NCBI RefSeq assembly: GCF_009914755.1
Contig: NC_060925.1
Reading direction: 5' to 3' (one strand)
Length of the DNA: 64,000 nucleotides
DNA from: the human T2T-CHM13v2.0 reference genome, Homo sapiens
In this document: piece by piece, positions 43,484 through 58,019 of the stretch
Position numbering within the stretch: the stretch's first letter is position 1
How the letters are laid out: each line of letters begins with the position of its first letter
Notes under the pieces: model-generated
Databases searched by the model: none
The model's input: only the letters and a program-made list of their open reading frames with translations
Told to the model about the DNA's origin: nothing
Translations under genes and position numbers: made by a program

Positions 43484-45611
43484 CACTACACCCATCCCAG
43501 TCTCTGTCTTAGGAATGTAATGAGAGTTACGTTATAAAACTGCCAGCTTCCTTCAATAGGGAAAATGGTTATGACATGTGTCTTTTCCCTCTTCTTGAGA
43601 AGAGGGAAAGGAGCTGGCATTCAATAGAAAATAATGAAGAAGAGGTATTAGAGAAGAGAATGATGGAAAAAAATCAATCTTCCACCACAGGAAGAACATA
43701 TAAGATAATATTTCAAGTTAAGGTAAGTGAGCAAAGACAAGTCAGTTCCTGGTTAAGGTACCGGGTAAAAAAGAAAAGACCACCAAAAGAACAAGGGTGA
43801 GGCTGTCTCCACCAGAGAACTGATTTATGGACTGTACAAACATTAGAAGGGCCCTTCTTTTTCTGTTGGTGGATCTCTGCATGTGCTGAAGGCTGAGCTG
43901 CATTATAAGCTCAGCTCCACTAGCTGGGGGAAAGAACACCGTTGCTACAATTCTGCTCCATAATAGCCTTTCTGGGAATGCTGTCTTCCAGTTAGCCCAG
44001 TAAACCAGAGCAGAGCTGTCTTTCTCTCCAGGGAGCCATGTGGGCCACAGCTTATCTCTTCTCCTGCCTGGATCCCCCAGAGTTTTTTCCAGGGGCAGAG
44101 GAAGTTTGCATGAGACATGCTGATGCTCTCAGGTTTTGTCCTCTCTTGGGAACTTTGTAGACTTCATGTCACCAGCCCCCTCCACTGGAAGCACTAAGTT
44201 TCTCCTTGTCCTAGGTGCTGAGGGTTCTCAAGAGAGGTAGAGCCCTTTATTTTTCTGAGCCAGAGGAGCGAGATTTCCAGCTATGAAGGAAAGCAAAAAC
44301 TTTATTCCTAATGATGTTAGTAGCTGGGGCCTTCTCCATACCTCCTAGTTTCTGAACTCTCTGTGCTGCTGAAAAACAAAGACAATGCAAAGTCAGGTCC
44401 TAGTTCATCTAAAGAGATCAATGCTGCTCTTACATCATTTCTACGATAAAATTATGTCAATAAGAACAGTTTCTTCTCAGTCCACTCCATATTCTCAGCC
44501 TTCAGCAAGACAAACACCATGCACTGACATATGAGGCATAATGTTCCTTCTCTCCAAATCAGACAAATGTTAGAAAAGAATTGCAGTGAATTAGAAAAAA
44601 AAGAATGAAATCTAAGACCACTATCCTATTCTCTGGCTTCTTCCCCCTCCCTTGCATGCAGCCACGTATTCAAAGACAATTTCATCCCGTATCTTAAAAA
44701 TCCCATTGCTCACCACAGGCAGTTTCACCCTTTAGTTCTTTCTTACATTTTACAAATTCGAGCTATCTGACTCCTCTGTTCAGTCATTTTAGGCTCTGAA
44801 GGGGCTTTTATCAAATAAAACCTAGTATTAAAAAATGAAATAGGAGCTGGAATGTCCAGGCTGACATTATTCTTTCCAAAATATCACTAATGGATAGAAT
44901 TATTTCTCCAATAATGCAGCCAACTTCGTGCAGTTAAGAGGAATGTCTTTTTATAGAAATTCTCTATTTCTATCTCCTGCCCACACCTCTCCAAGGACAG
45001 TACTACTTCAACTCCCAGGGAAGACCTCCCTTTCTGGGATAGAAAGTTAATTCTTCCTTGTTGGAGACCCTCAGAACAAGCATTCAAGCACATCAACCAC
45101 ATCCACATACAGAATTAAGCCTATAAGGGCCAAATGCTCTACCCCTAAAAGAGATTCTAGAGCAGTGAAAAGTAACTTTAAAATTTCATTGATCAGTAAA
45201 ATTTCCCATTTTTAAAATTTCACCAAGTAATTTTTTAAAAATCTGTCATTATTACTGCTTTATTAAATTAACAATATTTTATATCACCAAACTACCAAGG
45301 CATCATTGTAGGGACATTTCTTTAATTTAGTGTTTTATTTAAATAGGTTTATCATTATTTTTCAAATTTACCATATAGCCCTTTATTTCTTTTTTTTCCC
45401 CCTCAAGCTAGGGAAAAATAGTGGAAATCTGACAAATACAAGTCTTTGTGCTATCCATTGGGCTAAAGGAGAGTAGCAGAGAGCAAGCAGCTTCCAGGAG
45501 AAGTTTATTCTGTTACGTGTTAAAGGTGAAAGACAGGGAAAAGAAGCTGACATGATCATTCTGGGCTCGAAGGACACATTTTTACAGGCTTTTAACCCAT
45601 AGGATGTAAAC

Positions 45612-45690
45612 TTTTTTTATTATACTTTAGTTCTAGGGTACATGTGCACAACGTGCAGGTTTGATACACAGGTATACATGTGCCATTTTG
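45612..45690 (-). mobile_element. Very short L1PA 3' end
   Basis: ttattatactttagttctagggtacatgtgcacaacgtgcagg...; imperfect TSD gatg(t)aaact. Confidence 0.85.
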
Positions 45691-45970
45691 AAGATGAAAC
45701 TATGTCTTGCAATTCTTCAGATTCCCATGGTGTCAAACAAAGAACGTGTGGGCAGTACAAACATAATATTTTTATTTTATTAGGTATTGCTTGCTTTAAT
45801 TGATTTTTACAATTTGTCTCACTTATTCAATACTTAACATACATTTATTTGCACACTTATTTTTCTTCTGTTGTGCAATCTTGTGTACTTTAACTAAAAA
45901 TTAAGCCCCTAAAAATGGATAACTTTATTTTTTATATAGTTGGGTAGCAGATATAAACCTCAGTCTATGA

Positions 45971-46291
<321 letters not shown>

Positions 46292-46329
46292 TAAAATTTA
46301 CTTTTTCTGTATTTTGGCCTATATTTTTC

Positions 46330-48120
46330 CTTTTTTATTGATACACATAGTAATACATATTTATGGGGGTACATGCGATATTTTGATAACTACTATGTGT
46401 AATGGTCAAATTAGGGTAATTGGGATATTTATCACCGCAAACCTTTATCATTTCTTTGTGTTGGGAACATTCGAAGTTTCTTTGCTAGCTATTTAAAAAC
46501 ATACAATAAATTCTTGTCACCCTGATGGGTTAACAAACACTAAAATTTATTCCTTCTAATGGTATTTTTGTATCCATTCACCAATCTCTCTTCATTCTCC
46601 CCTCTCTCCAGGCCTTTCCAGCCGCTGATAATCACCACTCTACTTACTATCTCCATGATATATATTTTTAGTTCCCACGTATGAGTTAGAACATGTGATA
46701 TTTGTCTTTCTGTGCCTGGCTTACTTCCTCTAACATAATATCTTCCAGATTCATCCATGTTGTCACAAATGACAGGATTTCATTTTTATGGCTAAACTGT
46801 AGTCCATTATGTATATATCCTACATTTTCTTTATCCATTCATCCATAGATGAACATGTAGGTTAATTCCATATCTTGAGTATTGTGAATAGTGCTGCAAT
46901 AAACATGGAAGTGCAGATATTTCTTCAATATACTGATTTCCTTTTTTTAAGTGTATACTCAGCAGCAAAATTGCTAGATCATATGGTAGTTTCTATTTTT
47001 AGTTTTATGAGGAACTTCTATATTGCTTTTCATACTTGCAGTACTAATTTACTTTTCTACCAACAGTGTATGAACATTCCATTTTCTGCACATCCTCACT
47101 GGTATCATTATTTTCAGTCTTTTTGATAATAGCCATTTTAACTGGCTATATCATTTTAACTGGTCATTTCATTGCAGTTTTGATTGCATTTTCCTGATGA
47201 TTAGTGATATTGAGCATTTTAAAATATATATTTTGGTCATTTGCATCTTTTCTTTTGATAAATGTATATTCAGGTCTTCCTCCCCCTTTTAAATCAGATT
47301 ATTTGGGATTATTTTTGCAATTGAGATGTTTGAGTCTCTTGTTTCTTTTCTCTTGCTGCTTTTAGGACCCTCTCTTTGTCCTTGACCTTTTGAGAGTTCG
47401 AATGTTATATGCCTTGGAGTATCGTTTTTGAGTTTAAGCTGCCTGGTGATCTTTGACATTCTTGTGCTTGGATCTCTATATGTTTCTCTAGGCTTGGAGT
47501 TTCTCCATTATTATCTCTTTGATTGAACATTCTACCACTATCTCTTTCTCCACTCCCTTTTTAAGACCAATGACGCTTAGATTATTTTTGAGGCTATTTT
47601 TTAGATCTCACAAGCATTTTTCATTTTTTCCTTTCTTCTCTGATGGTGTGCCTTCAAATAGCCCGTCTTTGAACTCTTTTTTCTGCTTGATAAATTCTGT
47701 TGTTGGGACACTCTGATGCATTTTTTAGTTTGCCAACTGTATTTTTCAGCTCCAGGATATCTGGGTGTTTTTTTAAATTATTGCTTCAATCAAGAGATTT
47801 TTAAATTTATCTAATAAATTTCTAAATTGTTTCCCTGTTTTCTTAAAGTTTATTGAGCTTCCTCAAAACAACGATTTTGAATTCACTTTCTGAGAGATCA
47901 CACATTGTCACATTGTCTTCACTTTAGGATGTCACTGGTGACTTCTTTAGAACATTTGTTGAGGTTATATTTCCCTGAATGTTCTTGATGCAGGTGAACA
48001 TGCATCAGCGCCTGATGTTCTAGTTCTTACAAAGGTGCTTTCTTGTGTGAATAGTTGTTCAGATGATTTTACTAAAGGAGGACAATTGCTCAAAGATTCT
48101 ACTCAACCATCTTCTTCACC
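46330..48120 (-). mobile_element. L1MA 3' end (46330-47340) joined directly to L1M ORF1-region sequence (47340-48120)
   Basis: ORF 46540(-) resembles the ORF2 end/3' UTR; abrupt switch to cttttctcttgctgcttttagga ORF1-antisense text. Confidence 0.75.
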
Positions 48121-48424
48121 CCCCTTCTACAAACCTGATCTATTCTTTTTTTTTTTTGAGCCTCTGTCCCATTGAGCTTTGAAAAAATATAGCCTCACTT
48201 TACTAGGGATTCCTCTTCTGTTCCCTAAGTTGTGCCAGTTTTTCAGAGTCTTGTGAATATTCAACAGCACAACACTCCTATAGGAGTGGCCCTATAGGAA
48301 TTGGGTCGTCTGTCCACACAGGTAATCAACTGAAAGATGTCCATTATCTTTATCAGCTTCATTTTCAGATCCAGTAGTTCTCTCTGCTGCTTTCATGCCA
48401 CACCTGGGACATGAAATTATAGTG

Positions 48425-49640
48425 GAAGTATTTGACACAATTATCAGAAGCTGATAGAATAGTTAAATGAAAAATTGTATGGAGACAAAAAGTTTAAACA
48501 ACTCATTAACAAACTTGATTGAATTTATATATACATGTATATAGATACAGATGTCACTACTCACCAACTGTTGAATACACACTCTTTTCAAGTGCATACA
48601 AAACATTTTTTAAACTTGACTATATGCTAGGTCATAAAGCAATTCTCGAAAAATTTCAAAGAATTAATCAGGTAGTGTATATTTCCTGACTTATAATTAA
48701 GCCAGAAACCCAAATCTGTTAAAAAATTATTTTTAAAATTTTAAATATATTTTTAACAAACAGCAGGTGAGAAATAAATCTCAGTGGACATTAAAAAATA
48801 ATTTATCTGGATGATAATAAAGATAAGCCATGTAAAAACTTGTCAAATATTGCTACAGCAGTGATTATAGAGCAGTATACAGCTTTAAATGCACATCTTA
48901 GAAAAGAAGATAAAAATCAATCAATTAAGCATTTGTAACTTAAATCAAACTAAGGATCTATAATTCAATAAATTAAGGCAAGAATTTGTCAAATAGAAAA
49001 GAATAGAGAAGATCAATAAAGCAAAAAGTTTGTAATTTGGAGAAACCAATGAAGTTAATATTCCCCTACCTAGACAGATCAAGAAATAAAGCAAGCACAA
49101 AAAACAAATATCATGAACCTATGGGCATGTGAAATCATAAGAAGATATTACAGATAATTTTATATCAAATATTTGAAAAGTTTTAGATAAAATAAACCTA
49201 AAAATATAACTCATAAAATCAAACACAAAAAAACTGAGAATCTAAATAAACATATTAAAGAAATTGAATTTATACTTTTAAATCTTTGTATAAAGACAAC
49301 ACCTGGATCAGATCAGATGATCGCTGTTAAGCACCAATCTTACAAAAATTGCTCCAGAGAATAAAAATGAGGGAACTTTTCCCAATTTATTTAGTAAAAG
49401 CATAGCCTGATAGCAAAATCTGACAAGGACAGTAGTAGTATTTAAACCTGGTTATTCATCACAATTGTGTTGGATTTACTCCAAGGATTAAAGCTGGGGT
49501 TAACATTTTTAAATCAATACATTTATTTCACCACAACTGCAAAAATAAGAAAAGCACGTCATCATCTCAATCTATGTGGAAAAAGACTTTCATGAAATTC
49601 GGCATCCATTCATAATGAAACTCTCAGCAAACTAATCCCA
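48425..49640 (+). mobile_element. Ancient L1M ORF2 fragment (EN to RT)
   Basis: gaatacacactcttttcaagtgcatac; atgctaggtcataaagca; catcatctcaat...aaaagactttcatgaaattc. Confidence 0.75.
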
Positions 49641-50395
49641 GAAAAAAATGCTGCCAATACATTTTAGAGCATAGATTTATTTAGTCACATCATTCTGGCT
49701 GTTCAAAATATATTTTCAGTTACTCTTTAATTCTCTGCTGCTCAGGGTAATAAAGAACTGATTAATGAAGATCTTAATAACTATACACAAAGCCCTCTGT
49801 TTAGGAAAAAAAAATCATTTTAAAAGCTTAACAAAGCATTTAAAAATTAAATTTTGCAGGCAACTTGAAGCATAAGCAATGCAAAAGTAGTAGCAGAAAC
49901 ATAAGGAAAGTAAGCTGATAATGATCCAATTCAAATGCCAATCATATTTATTTCTGAGTTCTTAGATGGGGCTCGGTGATAAAAAACATTTTACTCTAGA
50001 GTTCAGAAGTGAACTCTTTTCCATTGCTCTAGAATATCAGGATGGCAGATGTACCTCACTTATACACACACACACAAAAGAATCTCTGATAGCCAGATTA
50101 CTTCCACAAAGAACTGGTCCTTGTGGAACCCATTTCCATAGAAATCCTACTCGTGTCCCAGGACTGTCTTGGAATGAGCCCACAAAATATCCCTGCTATA
50201 GACCTTGCCTCGCCATGCCTTTCTATTGACCCAGGGTCCAGCAATGCCTCAGGAGGACTCCTAAAGCTAGTAGCAGTGAGCGCTAGGGTGGTTAAATATT
50301 CAATGATTTGGAGAGCAACATTTTAACCCTACTGTACAAACTGTATTTTTTTAATTCTCAACTTAACTAGAACTAATTCACTGTCTTTGTACTAG

Positions 50396-51190
50396 GTTTT
50401 AAAGAAATGGAGCCTGCAGGTAAGGGTGAAGCTAAAGAAGGCTCAAGAACAAAGTAAATGTCTGCAGAAGTTTCTCTAGCTGTAGAACCAAGCTCACATA
50501 GTAAGTAGTAGATTCTCTAAGAAACAAGAACTTATTCTTATGCATGCCCAAGAAAAAGAAAAGAAGAAAAATATTTACCCAACAAAATGTTAGGTAAGAA
50601 AAAAGCAAATTGAACCCTTTTATTAGCAGTTTTTTTTCCCACTTTTCCCACATGCCCTCCAGCCCACCCCACTACCTCTCCTATATGTCTGAGCAAAGTC
50701 CAATGCCAGCAGCAAGTGTGAGCAGGCTACACAACACCCTCACAAAGTGCTAAGTGTCTCACTAGTTAGGGGAGCTTCTGCCACAGAGCTCAGACCATTT
50801 ACAGTTTACCTACATAGGGTAGGAGGTGGAGGGTGTTGAAGAGAATCAATAATTTGGATTTTTCACTTCTTCACATATCTATGTGTCTTGAGTCTGAGCT
50901 TCAGAAAGGTAGAAAGAGAATGACCTTTGGCTGAGAAATCAGTGATAGTTAATTATTAAAACTACCAGTTACTGTTTGCCTCCCAACCTTTGTGGCCCAG
51001 ATTCCAGTAATGAGAAGATCCAGAAGCATTTGAAAGTATTCATGTCAATGAACAGCCAAAGTAGAGAAAAGATGTATATAGCCAACATCTTCATGCCCCA
51101 GGAGCCCAAGTTTGGAGATCTTTGTTTCATTCTCAAAGGACAGCTCTACTTATCCTTCCAATGATCACTGCCAAGTTCTCTTTAGCCATG
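50396..51190 (+). other. Putative two-exon segment (50396-50419, 51001-51190) of an unidentified pseudogene or spliced transcript
   Basis: Acceptor/donor pairs tag|G...CAG|gtaagg and cag|A...ATG|gtaagg, with compatible phase after an ATG; no homology confirmed. Confidence 0.35.
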
Positions 51191-51310
51191 GTAAGGTCTC
51201 CATTAACTCTGGCCTTGTGGTCTAAAGGACAAATCCTTAGAGTATGTATGTTGACTTCTCTCACATTGATTAGAACAGTAGTTCCCAGAACAATGACAAT
51301 GTGCTCCATC

Positions 51311-51355
51311 TTCCTCCCTCCCTCCCTCCCTTCCTTCCTTCCTTCCTTCGTTCCT
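51311..51355. repeat. (CCCT)n/(CCTT)n simple repeat
   Basis: Read directly. Confidence 0.9.
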
Positions 51356-51786
51356 TGTGCTTTTTGAATATTCACTATGAGCATTGCACAGGCCCAACCT
51401 TATTCATCACCCTCACTTTCAGCAGATTGCATCACCTTCTCTTTTATAGAGATCTAAGGAGCCTTTCCACTCAGAACCCAAAACCCCACAGTGTAACCCT
51501 CTCTCTCTGGCCTAGTATCCTCTGGAAAAAAAAGTGTCCCTATTGCTGCACAAATTCTGGAGCTAAGGACAAACACCTTCACAAATAATTCCTGTTTCAC
51601 GTGATGCAGTCTGAAGAGGATGTGGAAAATGCTGATAGATAATGCTATGGAGTCAGTGTCATTTAGGGAAAAAAATCACTCAACTGCTGATTCTGGAAAT
51701 ATTATTCTCTATAATCTTAACTTTAATCATTTAAGTTTAACCCGGTTCCTTTCTATTCTCAAGTTTAAAACCTTGCTATTATAAAA

Positions 51787-51843
51787 CAATAAAGGTTTAT
51801 CAGTGTCTACCTAAACCAATAAAGGTTTATCAGTGTCTACCTA
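51787..51843. repeat. Tandem duplication, 27-bp identical unit with 30-bp period
   Basis: caataaaggtttatcagtgtctaccta at 51787 and 51817. Confidence 0.95.
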
Positions 51844-52129
51844 GCACAATTTACATTTGATAGGTACGCAGCATATTTCTTAGGGAAACAGATATCTCCT
51901 CAGTGCAACCACATTTTGTTTATTTTCTAATAAAAATTTTTTACATTTAAAAATAAAAAATATATATCTATCATTATTATTGTAATCCTGTGACTAAAGT
52001 CACAGTGGTTCTTAGAGATTATTGTTTCCTCCTCTTCTCAATACATCAGAATTCCTTCCACTATTGTCATGAGAATTTGGAATTGTAGTAAAAATTTGGA
52101 GGTCAATTGCAGTAGATTCCTAGAAAAAT

Positions 52130-55100
52130 ATTTTATAACTCTCAAAATTCAACAGTAAGAAAGCAAACAATCTAATTGAAAATAGGCAAAAAACACATTA
52201 ATACTATGGAATATTGATCAGCAATATAAATGAATGAACTATTGATATATGCAAAACTTGGATGGCTCTTACATTGAGTTTGTTTTTCTCCATCTAGCTT
52301 TTTAAGATAGAAAGATAGATCACTGATTTTATCCCATTCCTCTAATCTTATATAAAAATGCAATGCTATGATTTCTCCCTAAGCTCTACTTTAACAGCAT
52401 CATGACAATTTTTTAAATTTTCATTTAATTTAAAATACTCTCTAAACTTTCTTTTGATTTCTTCTCTGACTCATGGGTTATTTAAAAGTGTGGTGTTTAA
52501 TTTTTAAACACTCAGGTATTTTATACATATATTTATGTTATAGTAGAAGATACTCTGTATTATACTCCTTTTTAATGTATTTTAAAGGATTTAGACTTAT
52601 TTTAAATTCCAGCAAATGGTTTCTCTTGACGATTGACCCATGAACACTTGAAAGGAAGGTGTATTCTGCCACTTTAAAATGAAGTGCTTTATAAACAACA
52701 AAGAGCTCAAGTTAGCTAAAACTGTAGGTATCCTTTTTTTATTCTTCAACATTTTCTTCCTTTTTCTTCAATTCTTTTTATTTTTTTCTTTAATTTTATT
52801 GATTTTATGTCTACTTGTTACAATTATTGAGGGAGAAGTATTAAACTATCAATATAGCACAATGTAATTGTGAGATTGTCAATTTTTCCTTTCAGTTTTA
52901 TCAGTTTCTGTTTTATTTATTTTGAAACTCTGGTATTAAGTGCATAGATATGTTATATTGTTATGTCTTCTTCATTCTTGATGTCTTTTATCATTTTGGA
53001 ATGATAATATTTATGATAATTTTCTTGTCATACTACTCCTATTTATCCATGATAATGTTCTTTATTCTGGAGTCTACTTTGTCTGACATATCATATGAAA
53101 CCTATGATGCTTACTGTTTTGCATGGCATACATTTTCCATCCATTTACTTTTATCTATTTGGTATTTATAATTAAAGTGCACTTCATACAAACATCATAT
53201 AAGAGGTACTGCTTTTTAAATTCAGTTTGGCAAACTTTGACTTCTAATTGAGATGTTTAGTCTACTAGGTTCAATTGCTAATATGTTGCTAATATGGTTG
53301 GGTTTAAGTCTCCCGTATGGCTATTTATTTTCTATTTTATTTATTTGTTTTTCCTGTAGTCCTCCTTTCCTGCTTTGTTTTGCATTAATCATGTATTTTT
53401 AGTGTTATATTGTACCTGTTAGATTGGCTTTTTCAGCCCCTCCATCCCCTCTTCCTCCTCCCTATTTTTCTTCATCATTGATCTATGATTTATATTGTGG
53501 ACATTTAAGTTTCCAAAGTCTATCCTTAATTAACATTATATCATTTAAACATAATACAAGAAAATTAAACAGTTTGATGCCGTTTACTCATTCCTCTTCT
53601 TTGTGCTGTTTGTAATTCATTTTATTTCTACCTATATCAAAACCCTGGAGTTCACCATTAAGTATAATTATGACTTATTTTAAAGGACAACAAATTGTAC
53701 AAATCTAAAACAAATCAATCATTATGCTTATGATAATAGCTGGCAGTTGAGAAGATTCTTTCCTATTTCTAGGTTGCCAGAAGTTTTTTCGTGAATGAAG
53801 GCTAAATTTTGCCAATTTTTTTTCCTGAATCAATTTTCAGTTAATCACATGACTTTTCCTATATACAGCAAATTGTATTAACTGATTTTTAAATGTTAAA
53901 CCAACCTTTTATTCCTGGGGTAAATTTTACTTGTTTATATGACCCATTTTAATTATTGTTGGGTTTTATTTACTAGCATTTTGTTAAAGAGCTTTGCATC
54001 TGTATTTATGAGGGAGGTTTTTCTTTAGTTTTTCTTTTTTTATGTTGTGCATGAAGACTTTGTCTGATTTTGATATCAGAATAAAGCTGGCCTTATAAAA
54101 CTAAATGGAAAGTATTTTCACTTCCTTTTTAATCAGAAAGTTTGTGATGAATTAGTACATGTTCTTCCTTAAATCTTTTATAGAATTTACTAGTGATGTC
54201 ATTGAGCCTGGCACATTCTTTGTGGGAAAATTTAATTTAATTTAATTAATTTAATGGATATATGGCCATTCAGATTTTCCATTTCTTATATTTTCTTGAG
54301 TAAAATTTTATCACCTGTGACTTTTGAAGAATCATTCACTTCTTAAAAGTGGTGGAATTTATTGGCACAAGTTCTTCATGATATTCCTGTTTTAATCTTC
54401 TTATATTTACAGAATTTATAGTTGGAGTCCCTCATTAATTATGTCTTCCTCTCTTTCTTGGCTCATCTAACTAGAAGTTTATCACATTTATTTATCTATT
54501 TATTTATTTATTTATTTATTTATTTATTGTACTTTAAGTTTTAGGGTACTTTTTAAAAACCTTTTGGGCTTTTTGACTTTATTTTTGTTTGCTTTTCATT
54601 TCATTGATTTCAGTTCTCCTCTCTGTTATCTTATTCTATCCAATTTGGCTTCAATTTTTCTTTTAGCCTCTTAAAATGCTTAATCATTGAATTTGGACAT
54701 TTCTTATTTACCAACATAAGCCTTAGAAACTACAGATTTCTGTCTAAGAACTGCTTGATGTTTTTTCTACAAATCACTAAAGCACAGTTGATTGTTTTCC
54801 AATATTTTCTCTCTGTGTGCTCCTTATTTTGATAATTTCTATTGCTTTGTCTTCAATTTAAATGTCCTTTTCTTCTGCAGGTTCTAGTCTGCTACTAATC
54901 TTATCCAGTGAAATTTTTATTGCAGATATTTTCTTTGATTTCTAGAAGTTACATTTGGTTCTTTTACCTCACTCATTCCTCTCCTTATTACATCCATATT
55001 TCCTCTTAACCTTAAACAAATTTGTACTATTTGCAATTGTTTTAGCATCCCTGTCTGCTAACCCCATCATCTTTTTCATTTCTGTCTCTTTTTTTTCCGA

Positions 55101-55640
55101 CTGACTTTTCTTCTGATTATAGGTGACGTACTTCTGCTTCTTCATATATCTAGCAGTTTTTTAGTGAATATTGGAGATTTTTATTTTATGTGTGGAGAGC
55201 TGCATTTTTTTCTTGTGTATTTTAAAAGAATATTGAACTGTGTTCTGTTAGGTATTTGAGTTACTTGTAAATAAGCTTGACCTTATTGAACTTTCTTCCT
55301 AAGTGTGATATGGCATTTCACATTACCCATTACTTCAGTGTTAGAGTAGCCCTACCATTAAGGTGTGGCCTTATTGAGATCTCAGTTGAGGGCCCACAGT
55401 ATTCAGTTAAGCATCTCCACTCTAGCTGGTTACAACATCCCCCAGCCAAGTGTAAACTTAATAATCTCTGTTTAGCCCATGTCTTCCCATAAGTCTTCTC
55501 TGCCAGCCTTATGGTATCTGGCCCAGTGTACACATAGTTTAGTATTCTGTTACAGACACGAGGGATGCTTATGCAAATTTCTGTAACTCTTATTTTGTGC
55601 AGCTTCCTATTTTCTCATGCTCTGCCTCATAATTTCCAGC
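52130..55640 (-). mobile_element. Cluster of ancient L1M/L1ME fragments (mostly minus; short plus piece ~52130-52270)
   Basis: T-rich antisense ORF2/ORF1 text (gcatctgtatttatgaggga; gagtctactttgtctga). Confidence 0.7.
54487..54549 (-). mobile_element. Extreme 5'-truncated L1PA stub with (TAAA)n tail
   Basis: (ttta)n followed by ttgtactttaagttttagggtac, the last ~25 nt of L1PA. Confidence 0.7.
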
Positions 55641-55644
55641 TATA

Positions 55645-57225
<1,581 letters not shown>

Positions 57226-57229
57226 AGTA

Positions 57230-58019
57230 TGAGAACTTACCCTCTTATTCATGCATCTTTATTACTAAGGCCTCTAAAGTATGTGTTACCTTCCCTTTGA
57301 CTGATCCAATTTGCTTAACTTTATCAATATAAGTTAATAAGTGTGATGTTCTATGAAATTTTATGACAAACAACATTTTTGTGATCTATATTATGATGGA
57401 GGGCAGCAGAATTATCATAGCCCTAAGGCAAAACTGTGAAAGTATACTATTGGTCCTGCCAGGTAAAAGCAACTGCTTCTGGTTCTCCTTAAAGTTAATG
57501 TGGAGAAATAGTCACTATTTCAATAGCTACATACCAACTGACAGGTGCTATGTTCATTGGCTCCAATAGAGATACTACATCTGGAGGAGCAACTGCAATT
57601 AGTGTGACAAGCGGATTAAGTGTACAGTAGTCCAGAGTCTTCCTCTAATTTACATCTAACTTTTTCACAGACCAAACTGTGAGGATTAAAGAGGGACATG
57701 ATGGGTATAACCACCCCTGCTTCTTTTAGGTCTTTTAAGATGCCATTAATCACTACAATTCCCATAGTAATGCAGAATTGCTTCATATGTACTATGTTGG
57801 TAGGAAAAGGAAGTTCTAGGGGCTTCTACTTAATACTTCCTATTATAATGGCCCTCATGCTATGGGTCAGGGAACCACTTTGAGTATTCTGCCAGTTGCT
57901 ATGTATGTCTATTCTAATTATACATTCAGGAACTGAAGAAGTAGACACTGGGTAGGTCCTTGAACCAACTTACCAGAGAGTATGTCAGACCAGAGCTAAC
58001 ACTACTTCTATCATGTGAC
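57230..58019 (-). mobile_element. ERV-L pol segment (protease end to RT), inverted
   Basis: Reverse strand reads VPECIIRIDI...TWQDQ*YTFTVLP*GY...NITL..YID. Confidence 0.85.

Noticed and set aside
43916-43932. CTCF-like ccactagctgggg
   Set aside because: Lacks the GGCGC/GGCAG half of the motif; weak match.
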